Source of the DNA: Octopus sinensis
Taxonomy: Eukaryota
DNA length: 64,000 bases
Assembly (NCBI RefSeq): GCF_006345805.1
Contig: NC_043000.1
Coordinates: forward strand, 126,170,001 to 126,234,000
Direction: 5' to 3'
In this document: positions 1 through 13,366 of the stretch, piece by piece
Layout: each line of letters opens with the position of its first letter
How positions within the stretch are numbered: position 1 is the first letter of the stretch
Position numbers and translations under genes: made by a program
Notes under the pieces: generated by a model
Databases searched by the model: none
Told to the model about the DNA's origin: nothing
The model's input: only the letters and a program-made list of their open reading frames with translations

Positions 1-1574
1 ATCTCATATAACTCATCAGTGCAAAGTTGACAAGGTTTATTCATGTTTTGGTATGGTTTCATATAGTTTTATATGTGAGAAAATTTTTCAAGAGATATAG
101 CACTACAGGCTTTCAATTTCCAAAATTCTTCAGCTGAGGAAGTCATGTCTCGGGAAAAAGAGTTATTCCATGCTAGCATGGAAAACGGACGTTAAACAAT
201 GATGATGATGTGAAGGTTAAATCTACTTTTGAACGAGTTTGCAATTAATCTAATATATAAAAGAAAAACAGTATGAGAGTGTAAGAAGGAGCAATTGACA
301 AGATATGGTAGTGGGGGATGGGAAATATAAGTAGCACAAAGAACTATTTCTTCAACAAGATTTTATTGTTTTCACTATAGAGGGAATGTGTTTCTACACC
401 TTAAATTGCAATTATTTGCATTATTAGCAACAGGTATTTGATTCAGTTTTGCATAGTTGGAATTTGCTATAACTGGTGGGAAGTTATTGAAGGTAGAGCA
501 AATTTTTGTGCTTTCATTTAGTATCTTGAAGTGATTGTGGTCACATTTTTGTGAAAGCTGAAAAAAAGATCTTTGCTATAAAGGCTTAAATTCATAGGCT
601 TTATGGCAAATTGTACCATATTATTCTCCTTTTCCAATTTGTGTGTGTGTGTGTACAAAATCAAACACAAGGTATGTGTGTTGTTAGTTCATGGGTCAGC
701 TGTGGTTTTTAGGCATAAGAGAACATATTCTCTATGTGCCTGGTGTTAAAAATACCCAAAAGTAAGTCATAGTCAAGCGAGACACATTGACCCCTTCTTG
801 GAGTGACAGATATCGATGTTTTGTCATTGATTTGACATCAATGCCACATACTGAACAAGGCTTGTCGCAAGCCATATTGTTAACCATGACTATATGCTAA
901 ATGGTTTAAACACCATCTGCTGGAATATCTCAACATTTCATGTCATGGAAAAAATTCAAATATGAATTAGATGCAGCTCAACACACACATATGTATGTGA
1001 GTGAGTATAAAATCATTTCCATGTGTTTTCGATGTTATGGGCTAACCACGTCACCATGGTCAGAGCCACTCCCCACTGGGAGCTTCTGCTCTAAAGTCTA
1101 GATGCTCATATATGTCACTTGACGTTTTCTATGGTTGGATGCCCTTCCTAACACTAACTACTTTACAGAGTATAGTTAGTGTTTTCTCAGAGCACCAGCA
1201 TTGAGAAGTTAACTTGTCCTCAGTGAGACAACTGGAGGAACCTCATAACCCCTACACTTTTCCAGCTCATATAGCAAACCACTTAATAGGGTAAAGAGTA
1301 GACGGAACAATGGCATCAAGGAAGCTAGAAGTGGGTAATTGAAAGGAGAGAGAGAGAGAGAGAACAATGACATGAGAAAGATCAGAATGAGTGAGAAAAA
1401 CAAGAGTATGATCTGATAGGAGGTATGTAGAGGTGGTTTTGGTGTCAGGTAGAAAGAGATTAGCAATGGCAAAAGTGGAAGATTTTTTTTTATAATATAT
1501 CATCATCATCATTTAACACTTGTCTTCCATGCTGGCATAGGTTGGACGATTTGACAGGAACGGTGTGTGTGTGT

Positions 1575-1769
1575 TTCTATACTCTTTTACTTGTTTCAGT
1601 CATTTGACTGCGGCCATGCTGGAGCACCGCCTTTAATCGAGCAACTCGACCCCGGGACTTATTCTTTTGTAAGCCCAGTACTTATTCTATCGGTCTCTTT
1701 TGCCGAACCGCTAAGTGATGGGGACGTAAACACACCAGCATCGGTTGTGAAGCAATGCTAGGGGGACAA

Positions 1770-1826
<57 letters not shown>

Positions 1827-1992
1827 TACGACGGGCTTCTTTCAGTTTCCGTCTACCAAATCCACTCACAAGGCTTTGGTCGGCCCGAGGCTATAGTAGA
1901 AGACACTTGCCCAAGGTGCCACGCAGTGGGACTGAACCCGGAACCATGTGGCTGGTAAACAAGCTACTTACCACACAGCTACTCCTGCGCCT
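1575..1992 (-). mobile_element. tRNA-derived SINE, family A (head GGCGCAGGAGTGGCTGTGTGGTAAG, central TA/TG microsatellite, tail GAAACAAGTAAAAGAG)
   Basis: Pol III A/B-box-like head (TGGCTGTGTGG ... GGTTCAGTCCC); near-identical copies at ~10844-11200, 14731-15155, 31190-31630, 35030-35325, 38225-38612, 44188-44615, 48024-48445, 52846-53210. Confidence 0.9.
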
Positions 1993-2024
1993 ATATATAT
2001 ATATATATATATATGCAAACACAC

Positions 2025-2145
2025 AATCAGTTGTGTACAAGCGAGAGGGCTGCACTGATATGGGCATGTGATGGTGCATGGAGGATAACCGCTGCATAAA
2101 GAAGTGCCAGGCACTCAAAGTTAGTGGAACCTGTGGAAGAAGGCA
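2025..2145 (+). mobile_element. Degenerate RTE LINE C-terminal fragment
   Basis: Translates to ..YGHV..MEDNRCIKKCQALKVSGTCGR, matching the C-terminus of the RTE at 20.8-21.1 kb. Confidence 0.65.
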
Positions 2146-2777
2146 CTACAACAACAGAAAGATAAGACATAGGTGTCTGTGTGGGAGGGAGGATAGGGGT
2201 GTAGTAAGTACTCAATAAAGAAGGATATGTACATTTGGTCAGGTGACTGAGAGGAATGTTTACATTGTAAAGCATGAAATGTGGTTGACTAAATAAGCAG
2301 AGAAATTGTTGGTTTGTAAGGTCCTTCTAGCACTGATTCAGAGATTAACCTTTCTAGTAGTGGAGCAACGAAAACAGCATCCAGCATACTCTGAAGCGGT
2401 TGGCAATAGGAAGGGCATCCAGCTGTAGAAACCAACGTTGTATTTAAAAGCAGTTATTCCCAGCGGCAGGAGACTCAGATCTTGACCACCCGTCCACTGC
2501 ATGCCACCATGAAAAGCTGATATAAAATGATGATGATATATACATACATACACACACATATTTATAAACATATATGTATAACTTAGGTAGGTGTATGCAT
2601 AGTGGCATAGATTCTGTGTGTGTGTGTGTGTGTGTGTGTAGAATCTATGCCAACGTGTATACGTTTGTGCGTCTTAACACCTGCTAATACGCATCTGTTT
2701 ATATTTAAATATACGTACGAAATCAGGTGGGTGTTTTTACCAATGTTTATTGCAAAATTTTATATTTTAATCACATG

Positions 2778-2825
<48 letters not shown>

Positions 2826-3874
2826 AACATATATATATATTATTAGATAACCAAATGCATACACGCCCAACCCCTTTCACGTCTATCTCTCTCTCTCACA
2901 CACACACACACAAATAGGCGAATCTATCGTAAACAACATTTACATATGCGTAAGAAGCAGTCGATAATTGACCTAAAAACGGCGGCAAAACAACACAGAT
3001 TTAGGACAATCCACATCAATCGATACCTTAATGAAAACAACCTCCATATCTGCATGTTTACTACACTTATTGACACACGCACACATACATAATAGGCACG
3101 AATGCATGTTCCTTTCGCTCCTTATTTTTCCCTCTTCATTTCTTCGTCCAGCTCGAAGAAGAACGAAAGCGTTGGGGGCTTTGCAAACGAGGAAGACGTA
3201 AATACAAAGGTAGGACTTCCAACTAATTAAAGAGTGAACCGGACAAGCAAAATAAAGTGATAGGTAGATTACCAAACGAGAAGAGGTCCTTCACAGAATT
3301 ATGAAATACCTTTCCTCAATGATTTTAAAAAGGTATTTGGTGGAAGATATGGTTAAGGTCTTGTATAATCATTGACATATTAGCAGCTAGATCTCATACA
3401 AAATCACATTCTACCGTAAAAAAAAAAGAGCAAATTAGATAATTTGGTTAGGCCTGTGTATTGTGCCTACGAAAACAAATGGGATGGTCACGGTCGGAAT
3501 GCATTTGATCATATATTTTGATCGATCAGTTTACTTGGGCTTAAAAATAATAATAATAAAACGTTAACTTAACTATAAACAAGTTTACATTTTGTCTATA
3601 AACTAAATAAAGAGCAATTTAGAAATTTTTAAGTGGGGTACTAAGAAATATATTAAAATGTAGGGTACTAAGAAATATATAAAAATGGAGTTAATAGGTG
3701 TAAATAAAATCAAAACATGTTTTCAGTAGTTTAGAGCAGAGTCCTTAGAAAACGGACAATTTGGTTGGGTTGACGTCTGCAAAAGAAATAAACTAGTTAC
3801 AAAAAAGGTGGAGGGTATCACAAGAAGTAAAAAATAAATAAATAACTCCATATGCATTACGTGTCACTATTTTT

Positions 3875-4470
3875 ATCGAATTGGCAGAATCGTTAGAACG
3901 TCGGACAAAATGTCTTGCGGTATTGCTTCCGGCCCTTTACGTTCCTCGTTCAAATCCCACCGAGGCCAACTTTGCTTTCATTCCTTCGGTATCGATAAAA
4001 TAAAGTACCAATGAAATACTTGGTCGATGGTATCGACTAAGACTTGCCCCTATAAAATTGCTAGCCCTGTGCTTAAATTAGAAATTATTATCAAGGCGAC
4101 GAGCTGGCAGAATCGTTAGGACGCCGGACAAAATGCTTAACGGCATTTCGTCCATCTTTACGTTCTGAGTTCAAATTCCGCTGAGGTCGACTTTGCTTTT
4201 CATCCTTTTGCGGTCGATGAAATAAGTACCAGTTGAACACTGGTAATCGACTAGCAACACTTCCCCAATATTTCAGGCCTTGTGCCTATAGTAGAAAGGA
4301 TTAAGGCAGCTTGAAACGTCAGAAAAAAATGCTTTGCGATATTTCTCCTGGCTCTTTACGATCTGGGTTCAAATCCCATCAGAGTCAATAAAATAAGGTA
4401 TTAGTCAAGTACAGGAATTAATAGTGTTAATTCAGGCCTCGCCTCAAAATTGCCTAACTTAGAAATTATT
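3875..4470 (+). mobile_element. Three tandem copies of SINE family B (GGCGAGCTGGCAGAATCGTTAG ... GAGTTCAAATTCC ... TTTGCCTTTCATCC ... TAAGTACCAG)
   Basis: Repeated A/B-box-like head and conserved central domain; many other copies in the window. Confidence 0.85.
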
Positions 4471-6170
4471 AATATTAGTGGATATATTTAATTTATTCAA
4501 TATGATCAGTATATAAGAACTAAAATTTGTATAACAATGAAATTCGTGCTTACTCTATGGTGGAAACAGATGATGCACAATTAAATACTTAAGTTGACAA
4601 GAGTGTTTGCAAACTCAGCAACTTATACCTGTCGCTTGCCAACTTCGTCTAAAATTAAACTCGTCTTCTACATGACTGCGACGTACAAAGTTTCAACTAA
4701 ACAAATACATCAAGACTTCTCACAGAAGTTTCATTACATGAAATACATAGATGACTAACATCAAATGTGAATAGAAGTTTAAGTTTACCAAACTAACTGT
4801 TTTTCGATCAATGTTATAAAATAATAACAGAAACATTTTATTTTTATATAGGCATAATGTCCCAGATTTTTAAGAACGTCTCATAAACACGAATTCTGGT
4901 AAGTGAAAGATCTTGATCTGTATTGTAGATACCTTCCCCATAAATATTAACTTTTGTTATCTAATAAAAAAAATAATAAGGTGCGTTGTAGAAGTGCTAT
5001 GTCGTTGAGCTGAGCCTGAGTTCAATTCTCGATTACAGCTGTTAACCATGAACGTCACAGAATCTACCAAGTTCTCCATATACACCAGAAATCCTTATTT
5101 CTATAAAAGACATCAACACACTAATTAAATAACAACGATAATATGAATATCAAGTTGGTTATGAAATCCGACATCAGATAACAATAACAGTCTATTCTAG
5201 TGAAGAACTTGGCTGGTACGGTGATGTTTGACTGCAGGCGATTTACAAGAAAAGCTGCTGAAAACGAACCGAGCCAAAAACAAGCCAGCTAAGCAAGAAT
5301 GAATGTATTAAAGTCTATCATAATAATTCTTCCAATAACTTCCAACCTTAAATTATCGACAGCAGATGCCAGCCACCCTGCCACACGTGGCTAGTATCAT
5401 CAGTACACCCGATTATATAACACGAGGTTTTATAGTTTTACAATAGACATGTCTAGTGTATGTCTGTCTTGCAAGAAAAACGGACAATAATTCCTACGTA
5501 AGCAGAACGGAGATGGACGATGGTTGGTTCAGTGATCGCCTGTAGCCATTCAAGAGGCTGAACCAAAATCATTTACGCTTATCATCATAAATATTTCTTA
5601 TATTTCATCAGAAATAAGAACCCAAAAATTATTATTTCTTTTGATTAGGCAAAATACCAACTTTTGATAGTGTATGAAGAATATAGTCGATTGGCTTGAC
5701 CTATGATATTACTGGTACATATTTCATCTAGCTTTGGTGGACAAAGGGTTACATTTGAACTCAAAACCCAAAGAGATTAAATACTATCATTAATTTAAAC
5801 ATACATTTTACCATATCTGTCATAACCAATCGTCGGACAGTTCAAAAGTCCAACAATGTTAACGATATCTTTTGATTATTCGAGGACATTTTTGGGAGAG
5901 AAGAGGAGTACGGTCGATGGAATATTGTTATGTGCACCTATATCATCGAACACCCAAGATGAAAAGCAAAGCCGTCCCCATGGGAATTTTAATCCACAAG
6001 TCATTTACAGAACAAAGCACCGTAAAATGTTTAGGTACCTCTAAATTGTCTCCTCCAATTCTACACCCATAATAAAATTAGTAACAAGTTAATCGTGAAT
6101 CTTTCAATGATGCAACACAAGTTATTAACAATGGTCAATGTGTATACAGATAGATATATAAAAGTCTCAC

Positions 6171-6486
6171 CATGATATCGATCCGATGGTAATTTGTCAG
6201 CTTCAGTTAAGCTAACTAATGTGTAAGCGTAGAATAAAAGTATGGACAAAATGAAGGTTACGGACGAAGTATGTGAGAAATGTTGTAAGCCCGACAGACA
6301 AAAAAATCTGAGGCTGTGTTTACTCGTTTGGTACTCAGTGGTCCTTTCATGGAGCTCAATATAAGGACAGCCATACGTTGTTGGCCGCATGTTAGGCAGA
6401 GCCGGTAATATAAGTTCAGAAGAATATGCTGGACTGTTTTCATCAAAGCTGTTGTCCTGGTAATTGTGGTTGTTTTTGTGGTACAT
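6171..6486 (-). CDS. Probable first coding exon of a host gene; N-terminal extension then signal-peptide-like segment; product unknown
   Basis: Non-repetitive 176-codon ORF; first in-frame ATG at 6486 (second at 6390); hydrophobic VTFILSILLFYAYTLVSLTEA then DKLPSDRYH; strong donor CATG|GTGAGA at 6171/6170 (phase 1); CpG-retaining context. Confidence 0.55.
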
Positions 6487-7200
6487 TTTTGGGATGGGTA
6501 ACTCGGCTGGAAACCGTTTCAAGGCTACACAAAGTTGTGACAAAACATTTGACAGCCACGCTGGCACCCTCGAGACGGATGTGTGTAGCAAATAGAATCT
6601 TGTTCACTTCAATAAACAGTAACAACGAGGAGTGGTGGAAAATACGTAAACATTAGTGAACACAGGTGTTCAACTTAGATGTATATAATAGACATGTATC
6701 AAATTAAATTAATGAAATACACGGACGGGTGATGCAGAGGTTTTGTGTAGCTGTGATGTTTCCTCTCTTCAATTAAGCGTTTGTAAATCTTACTTACGAA
6801 GACAAAATGCTTCGTTCTATGTTTCTGCAGCCTTGTTCAAAACAAACTGGACTAAAAAACACAGTTCGAATGACGAGCATTGAGAATTCGTAGATCCATA
6901 ATGATTCTAGCAGTTAACAAGATTATTTAAGGTCCATAACGGACGGTAGTAGAACGAATAAACGGGACGGGGCTGGCAACTGTAGTGTTATTGACGTCGA
7001 ACTTATAGTATAAAATGTGTGTATATGCGTGCGTATTTGTGTGTGTGTGTATAGTCAAGTATATTTATGTATATATGTGTACGCGTATGTTTTTATGTCA
7101 GTGTGTATATGCGTGTGTATTTATGTTATGTGTGCGTTTTACGAAATTTTATCAATGGCGGACTTGTGACATGCGCAGTGATACTCAGCTGCTGCTACAC
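6487..7200 (-). promoter_or_regulatory. Candidate 5' UTR/promoter of the minus-strand gene
   Basis: Unique sequence visibly richer in CpG than the background, directly upstream of the candidate first exon. Confidence 0.35.
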
Positions 7201-7559
7201 ACACACACATACACACACACAAGTTGTTTGTCTCAAATCTCCAAGACTTACTCATTCTTTCAATCATTTCTTCATTTCCCCTTGCTTTTGTTTTTCTCTC
7301 AGTTCTCCCCATCCAACTCTGTTCCGTTTATCTGCTTCGTAAAACGTTTTTACATTTTTTATTACTATTGTTTTAATTTTATTATTCTTTCACTTTTATT
7401 ACCTTTTCATAACAATTTTTCTCCTCTAATTTGTTTAGACCTTTATTCCTATTATTGTTTTCTTAAAATCCCTCCCTTCCTTTCATTTTCACGCTAATTC
7501 TACACCTAGTTTCTCTATCTATCTACCTATCTATCTCATATGTACACACACACACACAC

Positions 7560-7605
<46 letters not shown>

Positions 7606-9314
7606 TAGCTTTATGCATTGTTTTCCTTTCTCCCTATTCCTTTCAATAGAAAGAATATGTTTTCGTTCCATATATCCTTATTTTCTATTCACTTTTTTTT
7701 TTGCCCTTAATCATTTTCTTCACTGTAAACAACATCTTCCTCCCCCGTTCCATTTTACTCTATCTATTTCTCCTCCGCCTTACTCTTTTCTCTGACTCTT
7801 TCTTTTTGCACTTCCTCCTTCTCTGCCTTTTTCCATCTCACTCTGTCTTTCTCTCACTCTCTCTCGCTATCCCTTTTCTTCACTTGCCGTGACTGTCTAT
7901 TTCTCACTACCTTCGCCATTCTTTCTAACCTTCCTTTATGTCTTCAATTTTTAGTTTCTCTCTCTAAGGCACTAATATTTCTCTTTCCTTCAATATTCAC
8001 TTCTCTCTCTGCTCTCTTTTTCTCTTCTCTCTCTCTCTATATATATAGAGAGAGAACGGGGAGGGTGAGTTGATTGCCTTAGCACAAGGCCACCAAATTA
8101 TAGGGCAAGGTAACGAGATGGTGTATCATTCATGCCTTTCTTAAAATTAAGGCTAGATGAAGGTTCTATGTGTGTGCGTGATTGTATATTTATGTGTGTA
8201 ATAACTGGTTGTTTTTTTTTACTTCTTCTACAGCCACGTTTTCAACCTCTCCGTTGTTCCTCCTCCCACTCATACTATCACTTGTCTGTTACACTAGTTG
8301 TTTACACACATTCTGTTCGACTTGAACTGCAACGATGTAAAGAAAGAAAGGAAGAAAAAAATAGTTTGCCATGAGTTATTACATAGACATTCTAGTTATG
8401 TTCAGTTATTTTTACATTCAGTCATTGACATCATCACCAGCACTACCATCATCATTATCATTATTATTATTGTTTTTCGTTATTATACGAGTAGTTAACG
8501 AAAGCAACCATTATTACAGTCAAATGAAATTACATCCTTATTAATTATTATCCAAGTATTCTAATCTTATAATTATCATTATCTTCAAGTTGCTTCGTTC
8601 ACCTTTACAATAAAAAAAAACAGCTTCCATTATGTTTGCCATTTCTAATATAACCAACCAGTTAAAATGACAGCCAACGATGGCTATAAACCCAGAAATG
8701 ACCATCCAACAGCCTATTTTCAAGCCAGCTAATGTTTCCCACTGACTGAGACAGGAATCTATAAATATTTATGAAAGTAGTTATAAACAGTAAGGTCATT
8801 CCTGTCTGTTTCTACTGGAAAACAACCTAGCTGGTCTTTGTAGTCACATCTGTCAAGATAACTCTGGAGTAACAATGACTTGGCACATAAGCAAGTTCAT
8901 GAGAAATTGTCACATGCTTGTGTGTCAAATGTATTAATACGGGATTTTTTGGGGTAGGCACAAGGTTACTTTTTACAGGAGGGAATTGTTGATTGAATTG
9001 TATGGACGGTCGTGGGATATATATAGCAAAATTTATCCAATCATGATCTGAACTCAAAATCTTGAAAGATGGAAATAATACGTTTAGTCCTAAATTTACT
9101 GTCGCTCGCTATTTCTGTTACCTCTGTGTGGACATTCTACCTACTTGAAATAGCCAAACCTCCCTCAAAATACACCTTACAATGTTTTAAAAGAAGAAAA
9201 GATACATTGGACATTATGCTGGATATTCAAAAAGGCAAGATGAACAAGGCTGGAAAGTTTTCTTTTATCACCTTCATCATCTGGTTGAGCTTACTCAGAC
9301 ATTTTTAACCTGCA

Positions 9315-9716
9315 CACATCATCCATCTCAATCCTGCATTAGTTGAAGGAAGTCTTCAGGGTGGCATCCAGGGCCTCCAGCGAGTTGATCTGCATACATT
9401 GTGTTTGGACAACCTGCTCAAGTATGACAATACTTTATTATCCATAACAGTAGGTCACTTGCCAGCCCTTGTTTGACTCAGCAGCTCTGTCCCACAAGTG
9501 TCTTTCCCTTATAATGGTTGAAACAGGCAGATCTCCATACAGCTGGATGTTGTCTGGAAATCAACCATCAGACAATCTTAAGAAGTTTTTCCATGCAACA
9601 ATAGTCAGTCCTTTTATATGAAGCAACAACCTGGACATTTACCAAAAAACTGGAATCCAAACTAGATGGAAATTAATTCAAATATTAAGAGCAGTCTTAA
9701 ATGTATCTTGCAGAAC
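9315..9716 (-). mobile_element. Old RTE-type LINE 3' fragment with inverted 5' segment
   Basis: Minus 9560-9320: PDNIQLYGDLP..ASDLLLW..YADQL..EDFLQLMQD; plus 9577-9716: LKKFFHATI..LLYEATTWTFTKKLESKLDG..LRAVLNVS. Confidence 0.7.
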
Positions 9717-9924
9717 CCTTTTTATCATAGGTCTCTACAATCAATGCTGATCTGTTACTGAACAGTAATTCATTAGCCATGTTTCTTTTAATTAATAAAG
9801 CATTAACACTTAGTTTTCTGTAATATATCTCTGAGAACATTTATAGCAAATATGAAATGATGAAATGAATTCAACTATTATAGATTTACCTTAGTCAAAG
9901 TTTAATTGCAAATGACATTGCAAT

Positions 9925-10142
9925 ATTGGTTTCAATTTTTAACACAAGGCCAGCAATTTTGGGAAGGCAGTAAGTCAGTTACCTCGACCTCTGTGCTCAA
10001 CTGGTACTTATTTTATCAACCCCAAAAGGATGAAAGGCAAAGTCAACCTCAGTGGGATTTGAACTCAGAACAAAAAGACAGACAAAATGTTACTAAGCAT
10101 TTTCCCTAGGATGTTAATAATTCTGCCAGCTCACCTCCCTAA
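9925..10142 (-). mobile_element. SINE family B copy
   Basis: Reverse complement of the 4094-4300 unit, with CpG decay. Confidence 0.85.
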
Positions 10143-10843
10143 TACACTACACTATTAATTTGCATGATTTGCGATGTGGCTTTGAGTTCAGGCAATATGT
10201 CTTGTCCATAAATATGAAACTAGCAACTGGTTGTTGTGGAAATTAAGATGAGAAATATTCTTCATGATATTACAATGAGCTGGGTGTTGCCAAAAATGTA
10301 ATATTGGGGCTCTAACCAAATTCAGTCCCAAACAAGAATGAAGGTATCATGGTGAAAATTAATAAAAGGATTACTACAACTTATAGCCTTGCTTTCCATC
10401 TGTTACAGCAGATAATCATTATTGTTTCAATGTCCACTTTTTCATGCTTGCATGGGTCAGACAGAATTCATCAAGGAGATTTTTTGTGGCCAGATGCTAT
10501 TCCTGTTGTCAACCCTCACCTGTTTCCAAGGAGAGAAATATTTTGCCAAAGAAGAATGGAAATGAATGATGCCATTTGGATGACACTATCACTGCTTTAC
10601 AACCATTGCAAAATGTCAAGACATTAAAACACACATACACATATACTATGGAAAACCAAATCCATTCACAAGAATTTCATTGGCCCAGGGCTATAGTAGG
10701 AGACACTTAAGATGCTGCATTGTGGGACTGAACCTGAAACCATAGGAAGTGAACTTCAAAGAAAACAACTATGCCTGTTATAAATGTAAAACAAAATGAG
10801 ACCTATTCAGTTTTTGAAACAACTTTTGTTTCATTCATGATTG

Positions 10844-11202
10844 CTGGAGTGGCTGTGTGGTAAGTAGCATGCTTACCAACCACATGGTTTCGGGTTCAGT
10901 CACACAGCATGGCACCTTGGGCAAGTGTCTTCTACTATAGCCTCAGGCCAACCAAAGCCTTGTGAGTGGATTTGGTAGACGGAAACTGAAAGAAGCCCAT
11001 CGTATATATGTGTTTGTCCCTCCAACATCGCTTGACAACCGATGCTGGTGTGTTTACATTGCCGTAACTTAGTGGTTCGGCAAAAGTGACCGATAGAATA
11101 AGTACTAGGCTTACAAAGAATAAGTCCAGGGGTCGATTTGCTCGACTAAAAGGCGGTGCTCCAGCATGGCAGCAGTCAAATGACTGAAGCAAGTAAAAGA
11201 GT
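10844..11202 (+). mobile_element. SINE family A copy
   Basis: Full head-to-tail match to other family A copies. Confidence 0.9.
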
Positions 11203-11736
11203 AATGAAAAAGAGCTTGACTCAGTTTCTGAACTACAACCCCTTCAATTACTTATACCATGCTGACATAGGTTGGATGGTTTAGCTGGATCCAGTGAGCT
11301 GCAGGGCTGTGCCATTTTTGTTTTCAATCTCATCTTTGGTATGGTTTCTATGTTTGGATGACCTTCCTAATATCAACAACTTTATAGTGTGTAATAAATG
11401 TGGGTTTTTTTGTTGTTTTTTTTATGCCTTCAGCACTAGTGAAGTTGCCAAGTAACTTGCAAGACAAGAAGAAACTCTTGACTGAATGAGGAGAGGGTAT
11501 ATTTGGGAGAGTGGTAGGCGATTTTGTGCCAGATGTTGAGAAGCTATGCATTTCCTCATATGCCGTGCTCTATCCATGGATGCAATATATAAACTCAGAA
11601 TTGAAATTTTGATGACTTGAGCCACATAATGCTTGTAGAAATTTTAAAAACAGTCATTGAGAGGGTTTATCACTCTGTTAGTAATATTTGTAAGATGAGA
11701 ATTCTCAATCTGTTGAATTGCAATTGTCTTAGAAAT

Positions 11737-12418
11737 ATTGGCTTCAAATTTTGGCACAAGGCTAGCAATTTCAGGGGGCAGAGTAAGTCGATTGCATTGC
11801 CCCCAGTGATCAGCTGGTACTTATTTCATCAAATCCTATTTCTTTATTGCCCACAAGGGGCTAAACATAGAGGGGACAAACAAGGAGAGACAAAGGGATT
11901 AAGTTGATTACATCGATCCCAGTGCATAACTGGTACTTAATTTAGCTACCCCGAAAGGATGAAAGGCAAAGTCATCCTCGGCAGAATTTGAACTCAGAAT
12001 GTAGCGGCAGACGAAATACCTATTTCTTTACTATCCACAAGGGGCTAAACACAGAGAGACGAACAAGGACAGACAAACGGATTAAGTCGATTATATTGAC
12101 CCCAGTGAGTAACTGGTACTTATCTAATCGACCCCGAAAGGATGAAAGGCAAAATCGACCTCGGCAGAATTTGAACTCAGAATGTAGCGGCAGACAAAAT
12201 ACCACTAAGCACTTCACCTGGCATGCTAATATTTCTACCACCTCGCCGCCTTAAATCAAATCTTAATATTGCTTTTATCAAATCGCCTTTACCAAATCTT
12301 AATAGATGAAAGGCAAAGACGACCTCTGCAAAATCTGAGCTCAGAACATAAAGACTGACACAATGTTACAAAGCACTTTGCCTGATGGGCTAACGATTCT
12401 GCCAGCTGGCCACCTTAA
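11737..12418 (-). mobile_element. Nested/tandem SINE family B cluster (long-tail variant with CCCACAAGGGGCTAAAC)
   Basis: Three to four repeated units; same dimer layout at 16870-17250 and 49653-50089. Confidence 0.85.
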
Positions 12419-13366
12419 TTAGAAATATTAACTTGTACCCTGAAAAATGTTTTCTCAAATAAAGGGTTTTTTCTGCTAATTTCTGACCACAGGGTAAATT
12501 GGCTCCCTGTTCTTTGATGTCTTTCCCTATGTGACCGCTCTCATAGCTGTATGCATCTTCTAAAGCTGTTCAATCAGAATTTATTTAGGTTACAACCTTA
12601 TAAAAATCTAATTCTACAGAAGCTAAACTTTGAGGACCTTTGGACTTGAAGTGCATTCAGAATCTTCCTTCACCACAAGTCATTTCTTAATGAACTGTTG
12701 TATAACTGTTATATATCAATCTGCATAAAAAAAATAATTAAAAGATTGTTTATGAATGTCTTTTTTTTAAAACATGTCAAAAATGTCAGCAAAATGGCAG
12801 CTTGACACATTACAATATTAATAATGCTATATCACCATTAAAAATAAACAAGTATCATATTACATTATTAAATAAATAAATAGCTTACAACAAGAATACC
12901 ATCCAAGCATGATTTTCCCCATCTCAAAAACACATTCATTCAGCCTGGAAATGGAGTTATATTTTGTTTATTGTGAGGGGTTTCTTGCAGAGAGACATTA
13001 ACAAGACTCTCTGAGTGAAGATTTAGCAGCTTCTGTGTATTCAACATACTACCCAAACAGCTAAGGCTATGTGCAAAAGGAAAAAAATGTCAAAAAAGAG
13101 TGACTTTTTTTGCCTTTACACCTATATGTCCAACTGTTAGATAGATAAAACCAATGGCAAATGATACATGAATGGGTTAGAAAAGGTTGACAGAGTAACT
13201 TCACAAAGATAACAGTAAGAGGAGCAAACACACTAATAGTTCTGATCAGTGTTAATCGGTTTCAGCAAATTTTATACAACTTGCTCACTGGTCAATTAAA
13301 AACTTATTGGATCCTACTGGGTATATATAGGACATGAAGGAATACAGAAAGGCTGAAAAAAATTGT

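Noticed and set aside
1567-1958. Recurrent ORFs such as ..QIHSQGFG..EDTCPRCHAVGLN and ..FDCGHAGAPP..
   Set aside because: Translations of SINE family A, repeated many times; not genes
4590-4760. SLANF..KYIDD* resembling a Penelope RT motif
   Set aside because: Motifs in different frames, immediate stop, no flanking RT motifs; compatible with chance
5365-5403. Hairpin next to CTGATGA on the minus strand
   Set aside because: No GAAA or stem I/III; not a hammerhead
7015-7892. 160-aa and neighbouring ORFs
   Set aside because: Low-complexity TG/CT-rich sequence giving C/V/F/L/S-rich translations
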